DNA from: Phoronis australis
Lineage: Eukaryota > Animalia > Phoronida
DNA: 64,000 bases
Direction of reading: 5' to 3'
NCBI GenBank assembly: GCA_002633005.1
Contig: NMRA01000001.1
Span: 2,335,795-2,399,794, forward strand
Made by a program: the position numbers and the translations under genes. A model generated the notes under the pieces. That model saw only the letters and a program-made list of their open reading frames with translations. It was not told the DNA's origin and ran no database searches. Of the stretch, positions 13,201 to 23,888 are shown one piece after another; position 1 is the first letter of the stretch; each line of letters starts with the position of its first letter.

Positions 13201-14085
13201 CGACATAGTTGCAATTATAAAAGTATGCAAATTGAGAAAATGCGTGACATAATTTTAAATCTGCTATAAACCTTGATCAGGTGTGGAAAACAACTTTCTT
13301 CACATTAGTATATTTCCTGTTCCTTGGCAACATCTCGTTGTTATTCTTTGTGTTGAAATCCGTTGCAATATAACAACTGAAGCTCCCTCTAAAGGCTGTA
13401 TTACTTTGTTAGCTGAAACTAACACGACATGACAAGCAACTTAATGTACTTGTTAGTTCTTCTAAAGCTTAAAAATCATGTTTAATCTGAGAAGGGAACC
13501 AAACGAATCCGATTTTATGTCTGTAGGTGACCTAAGTCAAAACTTGTGTTTGTTACACGTTTAATCAGATGCTCATATATTTGTTAAAAGCGCTATATAC
13601 CAAGTTTCTATCACCAATAAAGCTATAAGTTAGACCGCTTACCATTTTTGTCTCAAGTTGATGTATTGATAGTAAGACCTGTCTGATGTCCTGGATACCT
13701 ATGAATATCCCTAGTACTTGGGAGACCTACATTTTGTTATTGTCTCAACTTGGTCTTTTCTCAGGGTAGAAGTGACTTCTAGACTTGTGACCAAAGTCAT
13801 CTGGTCATTATTTGTGCTGTTCTTGGTTAATCAAACATTTTATGACGATTTACTGTTCAGGTACCCTATGAGAAAATTGTGATGAAGTGGCGGTTCAAAA
13901 GCTGGCCTGACGAGCATTACTCTCAAGTGACGCTGTCCATCAAACAACTCGAGGATGTGACCCAGCTGTCAGTAGTGCAGGCAGGAATTCCAGACAGCGA
14001 GTTTGAGCGAACAAGATCCGGCTGGGTACAGTACTATTGGGAAAGCATTAGACAAACATTCGGATATGGATCACGGTTACGCTAA
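4186..14085 (+). CDS. AHSA1: Activator of Hsp90 ATPase homolog 1 (Aha1), 9 coding exons, 340 aa
   Basis: Exons 4186-4265, 6625-6704, 7690-7800, 8103-8188, 9881-10001, 10799-10872, 12416-12559, 13034-13135 and 13861-14085 are all GT-AG with compatible phases and total 1023 nt. Signature N-terminus MAKWGEGDPRWIVEERADATNVNNWHWTEKNA, NNRKAKLIFFYEW, EIPNLSDE, EYSQGMILP, and C-terminal START-like domain (GGRFILFGGNITG, KWRFKSWP, GWVQYYWESIRQTFGYG). Confidence 0.97.
6625..6704 (+). CDS. AHSA1: AHSA1 exon 2
   Basis: tttacag|G TEKNATAWSKDKLKELLTGLKIEDDE G|gtatgg. Confidence 0.92.
7690..7800 (+). CDS. AHSA1: AHSA1 exon 3
   Basis: ctgtag| CCEITEVTKCEGEATANNRKAKLIFFYEWVIKCDWS |gtaaac. Confidence 0.93.
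8103..8188 (+). CDS. AHSA1: AHSA1 exon 4
   Basis: tctcag| KLANGNTKYKGSLEIPNLSDEQEPSDLD |gtaagt. Confidence 0.93.
9881..10001 (+). CDS. AHSA1: AHSA1 exon 5
   Basis: tttacag| VEVSVKSDKSDAYDVKEFMRKKGTPVIQEKLAMYILGLKQ |gtgagg. Confidence 0.92.
10190..10579 (+). mobile_element. Helentron-associated (HINE/DINE-1-like) element, 3' part, in AHSA1 intron 5
   Basis: Shares the gcacctcctagtggc core repeat and a 3' end (tgggtgcat..acgctcaaccgttg ttcttgtt) with the copies at 14647-15702 and 56130-57222. The 5' boundary is approximate. Confidence 0.5.
10799..10872 (+). CDS. AHSA1: AHSA1 exon 6
   Basis: cttacag| EYSQGMILPSKKAVPKNSVVNSSPK |gtaggc. Confidence 0.9.
12416..12559 (+). CDS. AHSA1: AHSA1 exon 7
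   Basis: ctttcag| NVGKETLAQPVIAKSGSIGVKIHTKTLKDKQEFKCEASDLYMALTEKE |gtacat. Confidence 0.9.
13034..13135 (+). CDS. AHSA1: AHSA1 exon 8
   Basis: atttcag| RVMAFTRDSVDMEVEKGGRFILFGGNITGSFVEL |gtaagt. Confidence 0.93.
13861..14085 (+). CDS. AHSA1: AHSA1 exon 9 (terminal)
   Basis: gttcag| VPYEKIVMKWRFKSWPDEHYS...QTFGYGSRLR*. Confidence 0.95.
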   Translation, partial: VPYEKIVMKWRFKSWPDEHYSQVTLSIKQLEDVTQLSVVQAGIPDSEFERTRSGWVQYYWESIRQTFGYGSRLR

Positions 14086-14579
14086 TCGTGGACTGGTGCT
14101 AGTCATGAAACATTTTGCTAACTGGTGTCTCACGTGGGTCATCCATCCTGTTTTTTTATATTTATAATCAGTCTCATGTTACATTATTTGGCCAGATTTG
14201 TTCATTATTTGATGCCACGTCATTTTAATATGGAGAACGTTCAAGTAGGTCAAACAAAAACATGGCCTCAAGTGTCTCTAATTGCCTGCTGTGTCATACC
14301 AAAGGCTATAGGATCCAGCAAACATACAATCTGTCTTACTTGTACACAGTTTAAACTGAATTCATGGGTCAAGCTGTTGTGAAGTCATGAATCTTGTGTT
14401 CTATTGGCTAAGCCCTGGTTGTAACAGTTGGACAAAAGTTTTCCTTATTTATTGTTAAGTAAAGTTTGTTACGTGTCAGCTCAGGTTCAGCACCCTTATT
14501 AATTTGCAGTACGTGAGAAGTAGTGCTCTTAAGGTCTATTATTTCAGCAATTTTTAATCTGTAAACTCCAGCACGTTTT

Positions 14580-14585
14580 AATAAA
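14580..14585 (+). terminator. Candidate AHSA1 polyadenylation signal
   Basis: AATAAA ~500 nt after the stop. A second AATAAA at 15969-15974 is followed by GT/T-rich sequence. Confidence 0.4.
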
Positions 14586-14646
14586 TAGACATTGTGGGGG
14601 ATTTTTGATTATTCACGGGAGTTAACATATGGTTTAATGACTCATC

Positions 14647-15702
14647 ATGTGCACACATACATATATGTGGATGCATATTGCTATCAACTCTTTCTGATGT
14701 CCACTGGTGTACCTCTTAAACCCCTTGCAAGACCTTCATGAAATTTGGCATAGGTGATCCTTTGAAGCTGACAACAGAGGAAGGCGACTTTCAGATGAAT
14801 ACCGCAACTGCTGTGGCAATTTTAATATACTTATGTTTGCCTCTGTATCTACCAAGTCCCTTTGATGGATCTTATGAAATTTAACAAATGGATTTTTATT
14901 GAGATGACAATGACACTTTTACAATTTCGGATGGCTTCTGTGCCCCCCAGTAGACATTTTTTATCATTTTTGATTGTTTTTGGTGTCCGCCTTTTTATTT
15001 GCTAAACTGCTCGAATTGCCATTTTGAAAATTCCTATTGTTGAGAGCATAGCTGGCGTTGATTTTTTGATGGCTCCCACTACCTTGGATCCTTTATGGCA
15101 ATATGTACTAAGTTCCTTCAGGTCTTCATGAATTTGATTTCTATGTTTCTGTTAAGAAAATGACAACTGTATTGGATTTTGAGACCAGTTCCTTTATAAA
15201 TCTTCATGGAATTTAGGTAATATGTATCTACGAAGGAGATGACGGCACATTCCCAGTTTGTCATTTTTCATTATTTTTGTATTATTCTTCATTTTACATT
15301 CGCAACTCTTTCCACCAAAGTACTTGAAGATGTGTTCTTACTGAGGAGAGTATGGCCTGATCTGTGACTTACTCCAGTGGTTTACTTTGTCCTTCAATGT
15401 ATTTTCATAAAATTAGGCATGTGTGGTCGTACTGAACTAAGTAGGTCTGCCCTTGGTTTTCAGACAACTTGGACTTCTGTGGCACCTGCTAGTGGTAATT
15501 TGTGTTTTTTTTTTGCCTGGCAAGTTCTTTGAGGGATCTTATTAAATTTGACCTATGTGCTCCTAACGTGGAGAGCGCAGCTGATGTTTATTTTTGAATG
15601 GACCTGACTACCACAGAAATAATTGAGGTGTAAGCAGCCCTTATCTTTACCTTTTGTGATGTACATGGTGGGCACATATCAATGCTCTGAGTTACTCTTG
15701 TT
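14647..15702 (+). mobile_element. HINE/DINE-1-like non-autonomous Helentron
   Basis: 5' subTIR plus nearby inverted copy (atgtgcacacat-acatat-atgtggatgcat), degenerate central tandem units (cttcatgaaatttgg, cccccagtag), and 3' subTIR gtgggcacat followed by a degenerate hairpin and ctcttgtt. Confidence 0.6.
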
Positions 15703-16759
15703 AAACCTGCTGTTCGGTTCTGCCTTCAAATGGCCTATTTACATCCAATAGTCCCCGTTTCTCAGGGCCGGTTTGTAATTTTGAAGTTAGAACAAAACCC
15801 ACCTAGTCAATAGTTACCTGTGTTTGGTATCGTTGGACTGTACTTTGATCTGGCTACTTTTTGCCAATTCCATGCCATTGGCTTCCTGCCATACCTTCCA
15901 GTGATATGTGTAAGGCCAGTTTCATTGTCAAAAACACCATATATTTGTGGGATGTATCCATCGCTGTCAATAAATCTCGTGTTGTTAAGATAGATGTGTT
16001 TGCGTTTGTTTTTATTACTTTATTTATTTAAGGAAATACTGGGCCTTCCAAGGTCCCCCAAAGTCTCTAGTTAGGTAGAGACACTGGTCACTGTTTATGT
16101 CCGCCCTTGATATTTCAAAAGTTGAGCTAAGCTCCTATTGTGTGGTTCACAGCAATTATCGCATTTGCGATTCGTGCCGGGCAGTCAAATGTTGACTGAA
16201 ATAAGTTGAAATGCCAAGGAAGTGAGCAAAAAGGTCCGCCTTAGGTCTATGTGAAACAAAAACAGTCCACTAAAAAGGTACACATCGTCAGAAATGCGAG
16301 CCCCACAAAGGCTGGGTATGCTCATGGAAACTTGTAGTTTTTTAACGTGTTTGGCTTCTGAAATTGCACTTCTCGTGAAAAGTTAGTGTAAAACCAGTCT
16401 TTCGCGGAAGAAAGGCTGTAGAAAATGACCAAATGCTGCTGTATGGGTTTTAGTTGTTGACAATAGTTTTGAGTCGATGTGTGTTCATTCAGCGTGGTAG
16501 ATAATTGGCGTTTGTCTCCTAACATCGGACAAAAGAACGAGCCTGACGCTTTACAAACGAAAGATCGATGTCTGGCCTCTGAAAACCGCGTCTCATACCG
16601 TGAATAATACGCTGACAAGGAAGTCGCGCATTTCTAAAGATATGCGAGAATTTTCACCGCTCGTCCTTCAGAGTGGCTTTTACCAGGATCAAAGAGAGCA
16701 CGGCGCCGGAGTCGGGTACACTACCCGATACGAGCAAGACCCAATTAAGTGGAATTACC

Positions 16760-17302
16760 CATAGGCGGATTTAGCCCCCCCCCCNNNNNNNNNNNNNNNN
16801 NNNNNNNNNNNNNNNNNNNNNNNNNNNNNNNNNNNNNNNNNNNNNNNNNNNNNNNNNNNNNNNNNNNNNNNNNNNNNNNNNNNNNNNNNNNNNNNNNNNN
16901 NNNNNNNNNNNNNNNNNNNNNNNNNNNNNNNNNNNNNNNNNNNNNNNNNNNNNNNNNNNNNNNNNNNNNNNNNNNNNNNNNNNNNNNNNNNNNNNNNNNN
17001 NNNNNNNNNNNNNNNNNNNNNNNNNNNNNNNNNNNNNNNNNNNNNNNNNNNNNNNNNNNNNNNNNNNNNNNNNNNNNNNNNNNNNNNNNNNNNNNNNNNN
17101 NNNNNNNNNNNNNNNNNNNNNNNNNNNNNNNNNNNNNNNNNNCCAGATGGCGGCGTGGTCGCGCTTCCGTTTTTTTATAGTCGATAGACTTTCCGAACAC
17201 AACTAGGTACACACTGCCGGTCCCCGCGACTTTTAGAGGCGCGCTTTGCCCGCCCGAGGCAGCATGTTGGGCCCCCTTTATGGTATCCTATATCCGCCAC
17301 TG
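16760..17302. mobile_element. hAT5-like MITE (spans the N-gap), 5-bp TSD TTACC
   Basis: Ends CATAGGCGGATTTAG...CTATATCCGCCACTG; ttacc at 16755-16759 and 17303-17307. Confidence 0.8.
16785..17142. other. Assembly gap (N run)
   Basis: 358 N following a poly-C tract. Confidence 0.99.
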
Positions 17303-19372
17303 TTACCCGACCATAAACTGTATTAAACATCTCTGGCTGTTACATTATGGCGAATTTTCAAAATGCATTAACCACTAATTTTCGTTAACAACAACACCAC
17401 GGCGGTATTCAGCTGGAAAAAAAACAACCAAGTACGGTTTTCGATTTTTAAAAATCGATGAACTAATTATCTAAAAACTACAACCATTGGGTACAATTGA
17501 AGATAAACTATCGCGCGTTTTGACATACTCGGTGGATATAAAAACGCTGATCAGAACTAACAATATCACATGGGTTCATTTTTAATATTCTTTCAATCTC
17601 GTTTAACCAGGTTTTTGACCAGGAAACAGTTGTACTTAACTTGTGCCCACTTTTCATTTTTTATTACTGACGAACAGCTAGAATAGTTATAAAGTCAGTG
17701 CCACCGAAATTGTCCAGAGATTCCAAATCTTCAGTTTGGTTATCACCATATTTGCACTTTTATATATATTTTATGATTGGAGTTCTAATAAAGAATAAAC
17801 TTTAATGACACGAGAAATGTTCAGTGTACCTGTAATGTGGAAAGTTCAGGGATAGTCTCGCAATGAACTCAACTAATTGAGTTTCGCTGGCGATCAAAAT
17901 CGACCACTGTTTTAGTACTTCAAGTTTAAAACTTGGATTAAAAGTTATCAACCCGTTTCCGGTAGAAAAAAAAGTGGGCAGAAGTATTAAAAATTAAGTA
18001 TCGAAAACCAATATGAAACATATCGTTCCTTTGGGAAGTGGCCCTTCGTATTATTCAAAAGTTAACCTTTTTAGTCATTTTGTAATATTTATAATGTACC
18101 AAGTTAAAACTACTCTTCAGAGTTGCATACTGTAACTCTGCAAATGTTAGAGAAAACCAAATTGGAGGTACTAACAACAACCATTGTTGAGACAGCAATG
18201 CTAGCTATTACCTTTTCACTTCATTAGTTCGCCATGTAGTTATTCACGGCTTGGAAATAATTTATACTTAACTAGCAGTTGTGGACATATTCTCGGAGTT
18301 TTTTGTACTTTTTCTGAGGTAAAATTTAGTTATTTTTCAGACGAAGTACTGAATCCCTTTTCATGAAGCAGGGCTTGTAATTTTCCTCCTTTAAGAGGAT
18401 TCCCTCTTTTTGGTTCGATTTCCTCTGATTTTATATCCAGATAGAATATTCAGTTTTCGTGGGAACCATGTCACGTATATGGCAGCAGCGGCTTACCCGG
18501 CGCAGGAACGTGAAATTTTGCTTTTTTTAAAGAAACAATCAATCACGTGCCTACAACCACTAAAGCATTTTATTTCCATGCGCACAATCTGATCACGGAT
18601 TTGAAAAATGTATCTTTCATAGCTTGACGAGTTGTATAAGATATTTTAAAGGAGACTTATGACCATACATTGATGATTTTAACCAGTCCTCGTTGTCACC
18701 AGCTAATACGTCATTGGCGTCAATATTGAGAGATGGAAGCAGGAATCAACCAAAAATTCATACTCTCTATGTCACCGATTGGATACCATAGTTCTTGCTG
18801 AGTTGTCTTTTAGTTCCCTACAGTTGTAGGTCACGTTTGCCCGTTCAGCAGACTTTGGAATGAGTTTTCAAAAATTTCCTCTAACATTTTGAGGGATGTA
18901 GGGGGTTACAGAGCAATATCTTGTTTCAAAGCGGAATGGGATGGGAAAGTCCTTTTCAATATGTGGTAATAACCCAAAATCGTGTTTAGTATGTATCCTT
19001 TTAGAAAGTGTGTCCCTTTGTAGCGAATGTAGTGCCGGAGTTGGATGTTGGGTTTATAGCCCATGGCTTTATGCTTCAGACTGCATTTATAAGGAGCCAT
19101 CCCGGCACGCTATGAATTAAAAAGGGGGATGCAGGTGAGACCATTTGGCTCGCTCCGGACCCTGCGTATACGACCGGATAAAAACTCCGTCGGAGTGCCG
19201 TTTTAAGGTCTCCGCGGACATGATCTTCTAAGAAAATAGTGGCCGGGACCCCCTCACGACATTTCACATCCATCAGTTGTGAAGGGTCTGTATGATTGAA
19301 ATACTTGCATACAGGACACTGCTTTCTTTTGCTCCATGTGGGTTCATAGCGTGTCTTCTGTTAATGTTCATT

Positions 19373-20354
19373 CATAGGCGGATTTAGGGGGGGGGGGCAG
19401 GGGGCCCGCCCCCCCCCCTTGGCTGCCGCAAAAAATAAAACAGTAAGAGCGTAGGGAAATGTTGAGCTTATTAATTAACCCCGGTAATTAAAATTATACG
19501 GATGAAAAAAGATTTAAATGTGTGCAGTTTTAGTGTGTGTGTGGGGGGGGCGCATTCGTAACGGAACTATGGCTAAGTATAGGCTCTCCCGCTATATCCC
19601 AGGCGACCGGCAGTGGCGCTGCGCACTACGACTCCGTTTCCATCGTCTGCTCCACTGTGCAATGAAGAAAATTTACTTCATTTTTTAAAGAAAATGGAAC
19701 CTGAGTGACGATGAAAAAACAGAAGCTGCTGGTAAGATGTGAATTTTAATCGAAGCCTTAGTGAATCACTCAGAAACTCGCAATACTCTCTTTGCCAAAC
19801 CTTATCTTAAGACGATTTCCAAAGCAATCCCGTCATAATTGCCAACACGAAAAACGGATTTGGTCTTTTTGGCATTTGAAGACTATTTTAAATACGACAA
19901 ATTTGTTAAGAATCGATGGCACAAAATATAAAACGTGTAATAAGCATTACAAAAAGAAGTAGGTTTCGCGCGCAAACGCTGTGGACCATAAACAAGTAGG
20001 TCTCTTAGTATGAGATTAGTATTTAAATCGTGGTGGTGTAGAGGTAACGCACGTGCGCAGTATTCGCCAGGTCGTGAGTCCGAGTCTTTGATAATTGCAG
20101 TTTTTTCCTGTTTGACACGTTCTCCGTTTTTTTTTTGCCTTTTTTCTTGAATAATACTTCAGGAATCAAGGAAAATGCTTGACTTTTAGAGGTAAAAACA
20201 GAAAAATTTCCTGGGTGGGAGGGAGGCAAACCCCTCTCCCGACCTCCCCCCATTCGGTGCTATGCGCATCTACAATCGTGGTTCAGTTTGCGCAAATGCT
20301 TACAGCCAGACAAAATGTTGGCCCCCCCCTTGTGATATCCTAGATCCGCCACTG
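19373..20354. mobile_element. hAT5-like non-autonomous element, 5-bp TSD TCATT
   Basis: Ends CATAGGCGGATTTAGGGG...CCTAGATCCGCCACTG; tcatt at 19368-19372 and 20355-20359. Confidence 0.85.
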
Positions 20355-21543
20355 TCATTAGTTGTAAAATGTCACGGAGTCGATACCAATGGTGTTAAAT
20401 TGACCGTCGCCGTCTTTGCAGTACCAACGATGGCCTCAGCCTCGCTTTACTTTTTAGGGGTTACCACTGAAAGCTGGTCGAAGAAAACGCGTTTTTGCTA
20501 CGGAAGTCATTTGTCTCCTAGGCTGAAGAATAACGCGTACTAACAAAGGGATTTTTCGCTCTTTCATGTTGACGTTGATCACTACATGATATTTGAAGGT
20601 TACGTAAGACCTTTTGTACTACTCTGTGTATTTGGCATAATATCTAGAAAATTGTAGATTTCAGCTCACTAAAAGCATGTAAAATTTGATTTTTTACTTT
20701 TTACCAACGAATCTGTTATTAATTGGATCGCATGTCCATATCTTTTTAGTAAAATTTAGCCAAAAAGAAAGTTACATTGATAGCAAAATAACAGTATCAA
20801 TAACATCGTATTTGATATGAAATATGAAAAACGATGTTACAGTTTTCTAAAATATTACGTTTTAGTTTTATGCAACTTTAAGAATTTCTCTTTAAAATGT
20901 GAAAAGTTCTTTTTTCGCAGGCCTTCATTCAAAAAAGGAACATTTGAAAAACAATTCCTAATAAATTTTTTGAGAACAGATAACTGATAGTTTGTATGTA
21001 TACGATCAGCCATTTTTGAGATATGATGTTCCGATGTCAGCCAAATTTGGTCATTTTCAAAGGGTCTTATGTAACCGTATGTCTGTGAACTATGATTGCC
21101 CAATGAATAAGATGACCCCCGGATGCCTAGATCCGTGGGATCCTGACTGGCAATTCTATGCTGAGAACACTCGGCAAATCGGTAACTAAACAAACTTTTT
21201 TAAAGGTGCATTTCCTAATTCTTGCATAGGAATCATGTCGTTGGCTGACATAACTTTAGTAAATCAGTCGCAAATATTTCCTCAGCGTCAAGTCGAATTT
21301 ATAGTTTACCTGTGACATGAAGAGGCCTAGTTTTATAGTGGTTCGCCAATCCTGTCAAAATAGAAGGCATTTTGAGAATTGCCAGTGTCCGGAATTGCCT
21401 CTTTAGGAAGGGAAATTATTTTCGTCATGAAGTTCAAAACCTTGGGAGTTTGAGCAGCCAAGTTAATTTGCGTTTTAGTTGATGAGTGCCCATTTAAACG
21501 TTTACAGAATTCAATTATGACAATACCATAGCCGGATGTTTAA

Positions 21544-22880
21544 AGGCGAAAGCAACCTTTTTTCATGTCACTTTAGCAAAAATAAGGTTCCTTGATTATC
21601 CCAGACACATTTTTCACTTAATTACAGCTTTTCGTAATTTGATTAATTTCTCGTCCTCTACTCCGGATGTGACGTTTTGGGAGGCAATCGTTTCGCGCCA
21701 ATTTCTTTTCGTTATAGTCGGACTGTGAGAGCTGTCGAGTCAGTCATTCTTATACCTCGGTTGTGATAAGTTCGGTCGTCGTTTGCTTTTGTTTACAAGT
21801 CAATCAACATGCCACGCTGTTGCTGCGTGGCGGGATTTACTCATTATCGTCTCACACGTGTTTTGGGTACCTTGCGTCGCTTTCCGAAGGATGACAGACT
21901 TCGCCGTACTTGGCTAGCTCGTTCATGTGAAGAACGCAGCGCTACCCGTCCACGCAACGTACAAAGCAGTGGAGGGTTACCGAGTGTGTGGCAAGCATTT
22001 TCTGCCGTCAGATTATGACAGATATGTACGCTGAATTGATGAAGGTCCCTGCGAACAACGCCTGAATAAGGGTACCATACCGTCGCTGTTGATTCCCGGC
22101 AGTGCCACGTCGCCAACCCCAAGAAGTGCGTTTTTGAATCGAGAAGCCTCGCGAGCTGTGGCCTCTATATACAGTGACTACCGAGGCACTTCATCTACCG
22201 TCACCCGTGCCTCCGAACGTACAGGCAACATTGCGTGCATTTCCGGGAACTAGCAGTGATTCGCCCTGTGCTGTTGTCTCTAGCCCAGAGCCTGTAAGCA
22301 GCCCTGCAGCGATGTTGAGTAGTGGGAATGAATACAGGCCCAGTTCGACACCCAGTGAAGAGGACAGTTCGTCATCCAATGAACAGATCGGTGAGCCTAA
22401 GTTTGATAAGTTTATTGTCGACTTGTATTGGAGCTATTTGGAAGGTGCCAGGTGTGTGGCGAGGGAGTCACACGGAGGGATGTAAGCACTTTGGGTGCTC
22501 AGATCACCCTCCAGTGGGAGTGTGTCGCGGGACACTCGGGCAAGTGGGACAGTTCATCCTCTGTACGTGAGACAATAATGAATACACGTACCCAGTAAGC
22601 AGCAACAGCGTGGCATGTTGACTGACTCGTAAGCAAAAGCAAACGACGACCGAATTTATCACAACCGAGGTAGAACAATGACCGACTCGATTGCTCTCAC
22701 AGTCAGACTATGTGAAAAGAAACTGGCGCGAAATTCTTGCCTCCCAAAACGTCACTTCTGGAGTAGACAACGAGTAATTAATTAAATTACGAAAAGCTGT
22801 AAATAAGTGAAAAATATGCCTGGGATTATCAACGAACCTTATTTTTGCTGAAAATGACATGAAAAAGGTTGCCTTCGCCT
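21544..22880 (+). mobile_element. Internally deleted Kolobok DNA transposon with ~285-bp TIRs and TTAA TSD
   Basis: TTAA|AGGCGAAAGCAACC...GGTTGCCTTCGCCT|TTAA (TSD 21540-21543 and 22881-22884). Frameshifted THAP domain from 21809 (MPRCCCVAG..RRFPKDDRLRRTWL; GYRVCGKHFLPSDY; LNKGTIPSL). Zn-finger segment KFIV..LELFGRCQVCG..LGAQITLQWECVAGHSGKWDSS at ~22408-22560. No DDE region. Confidence 0.88.
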
Positions 22881-23888
22881 TTAAAGTGTACCTTTAACGA
22901 TAACACACGTAATTTAGATGCTACAATATGTTTTGGGCAACACTCTGAACAAACCTAGGCCATTAAATGCCGAATGCAATTAGCAGTTAGACTTATTGAC
23001 TTACATTTGTCTACGCAACTGTAAAAATCCTAATATTCAGACTGCTTTTCAACACCGTTTTTCGTTTTGTTTTCACTGTCTCTCGATATTGTTGTGAGCG
23101 TCTTTGGCCCATGTCCTTTTTTCAGAGCTCACGTGACTTGCAACCGAATTTCTCATTGGACATAAAGATTATGCTCGTAATACGCAGGCGTGAAAAGTAT
23201 CTTTACCCCCGTAATCTACGAGCAACACTGTGATTCCAGAGGCCAACTATAGTAATAGGGCTTAGTAGGCTTTCAGACCAATTTGAATGAAATTTTTAAT
23301 GATCACATAATTTTGTGTTATTTTCTATTAAATTGGTGGCGTTTTTAAATTCCGAACACGCTTTGAGGTTTAAGATTGTTAAGATTCTTAAAACAATACA
23401 TTTGTTGCGCAAAGTGAAAAGACGCGAAATCGATCTATGATCGATGCGTTGTTACCACTATAAACAAACCGACCAAGAAAGCGTGTAAGTACAAACAATG
23501 CGTTTCATACAATGAGTTGGCTTGAAACAATAATGGGTTACTACCCAATATGTAACCTCAATCGGCAGAGCTTTGAAGCCACATGCCTGCATGCCTTCGT
23601 GGGAGAAGTCGTTCAATAGCAATCGAAGTTACTTTGCTGCACTGTTCCCTTTCCAATGTTTACTCGTTACTAGCGTTGGCTTAAAGACATGCTGGACAGA
23701 ACCTAACGTTTGAAGATAAGCAGGTATTAGAATTGGAATTGTGAAAATATCTAAAAACTTTGACGAGATTTTGTTTAGACTCTTAAGCTAATATTCAACT
23801 GTGGTGCCAAAAAATTGTGAGCTGTAAACGTACGTTAATGACGTGACTGTTAATGTGCTGTGTGAGCATCTGATGGCAATTTAGTACC

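Noticed and set aside
16745-17212. ORFs of 143-155 aa (also 50625-50859)
   Set aside because: They are open only because they cross N gaps.
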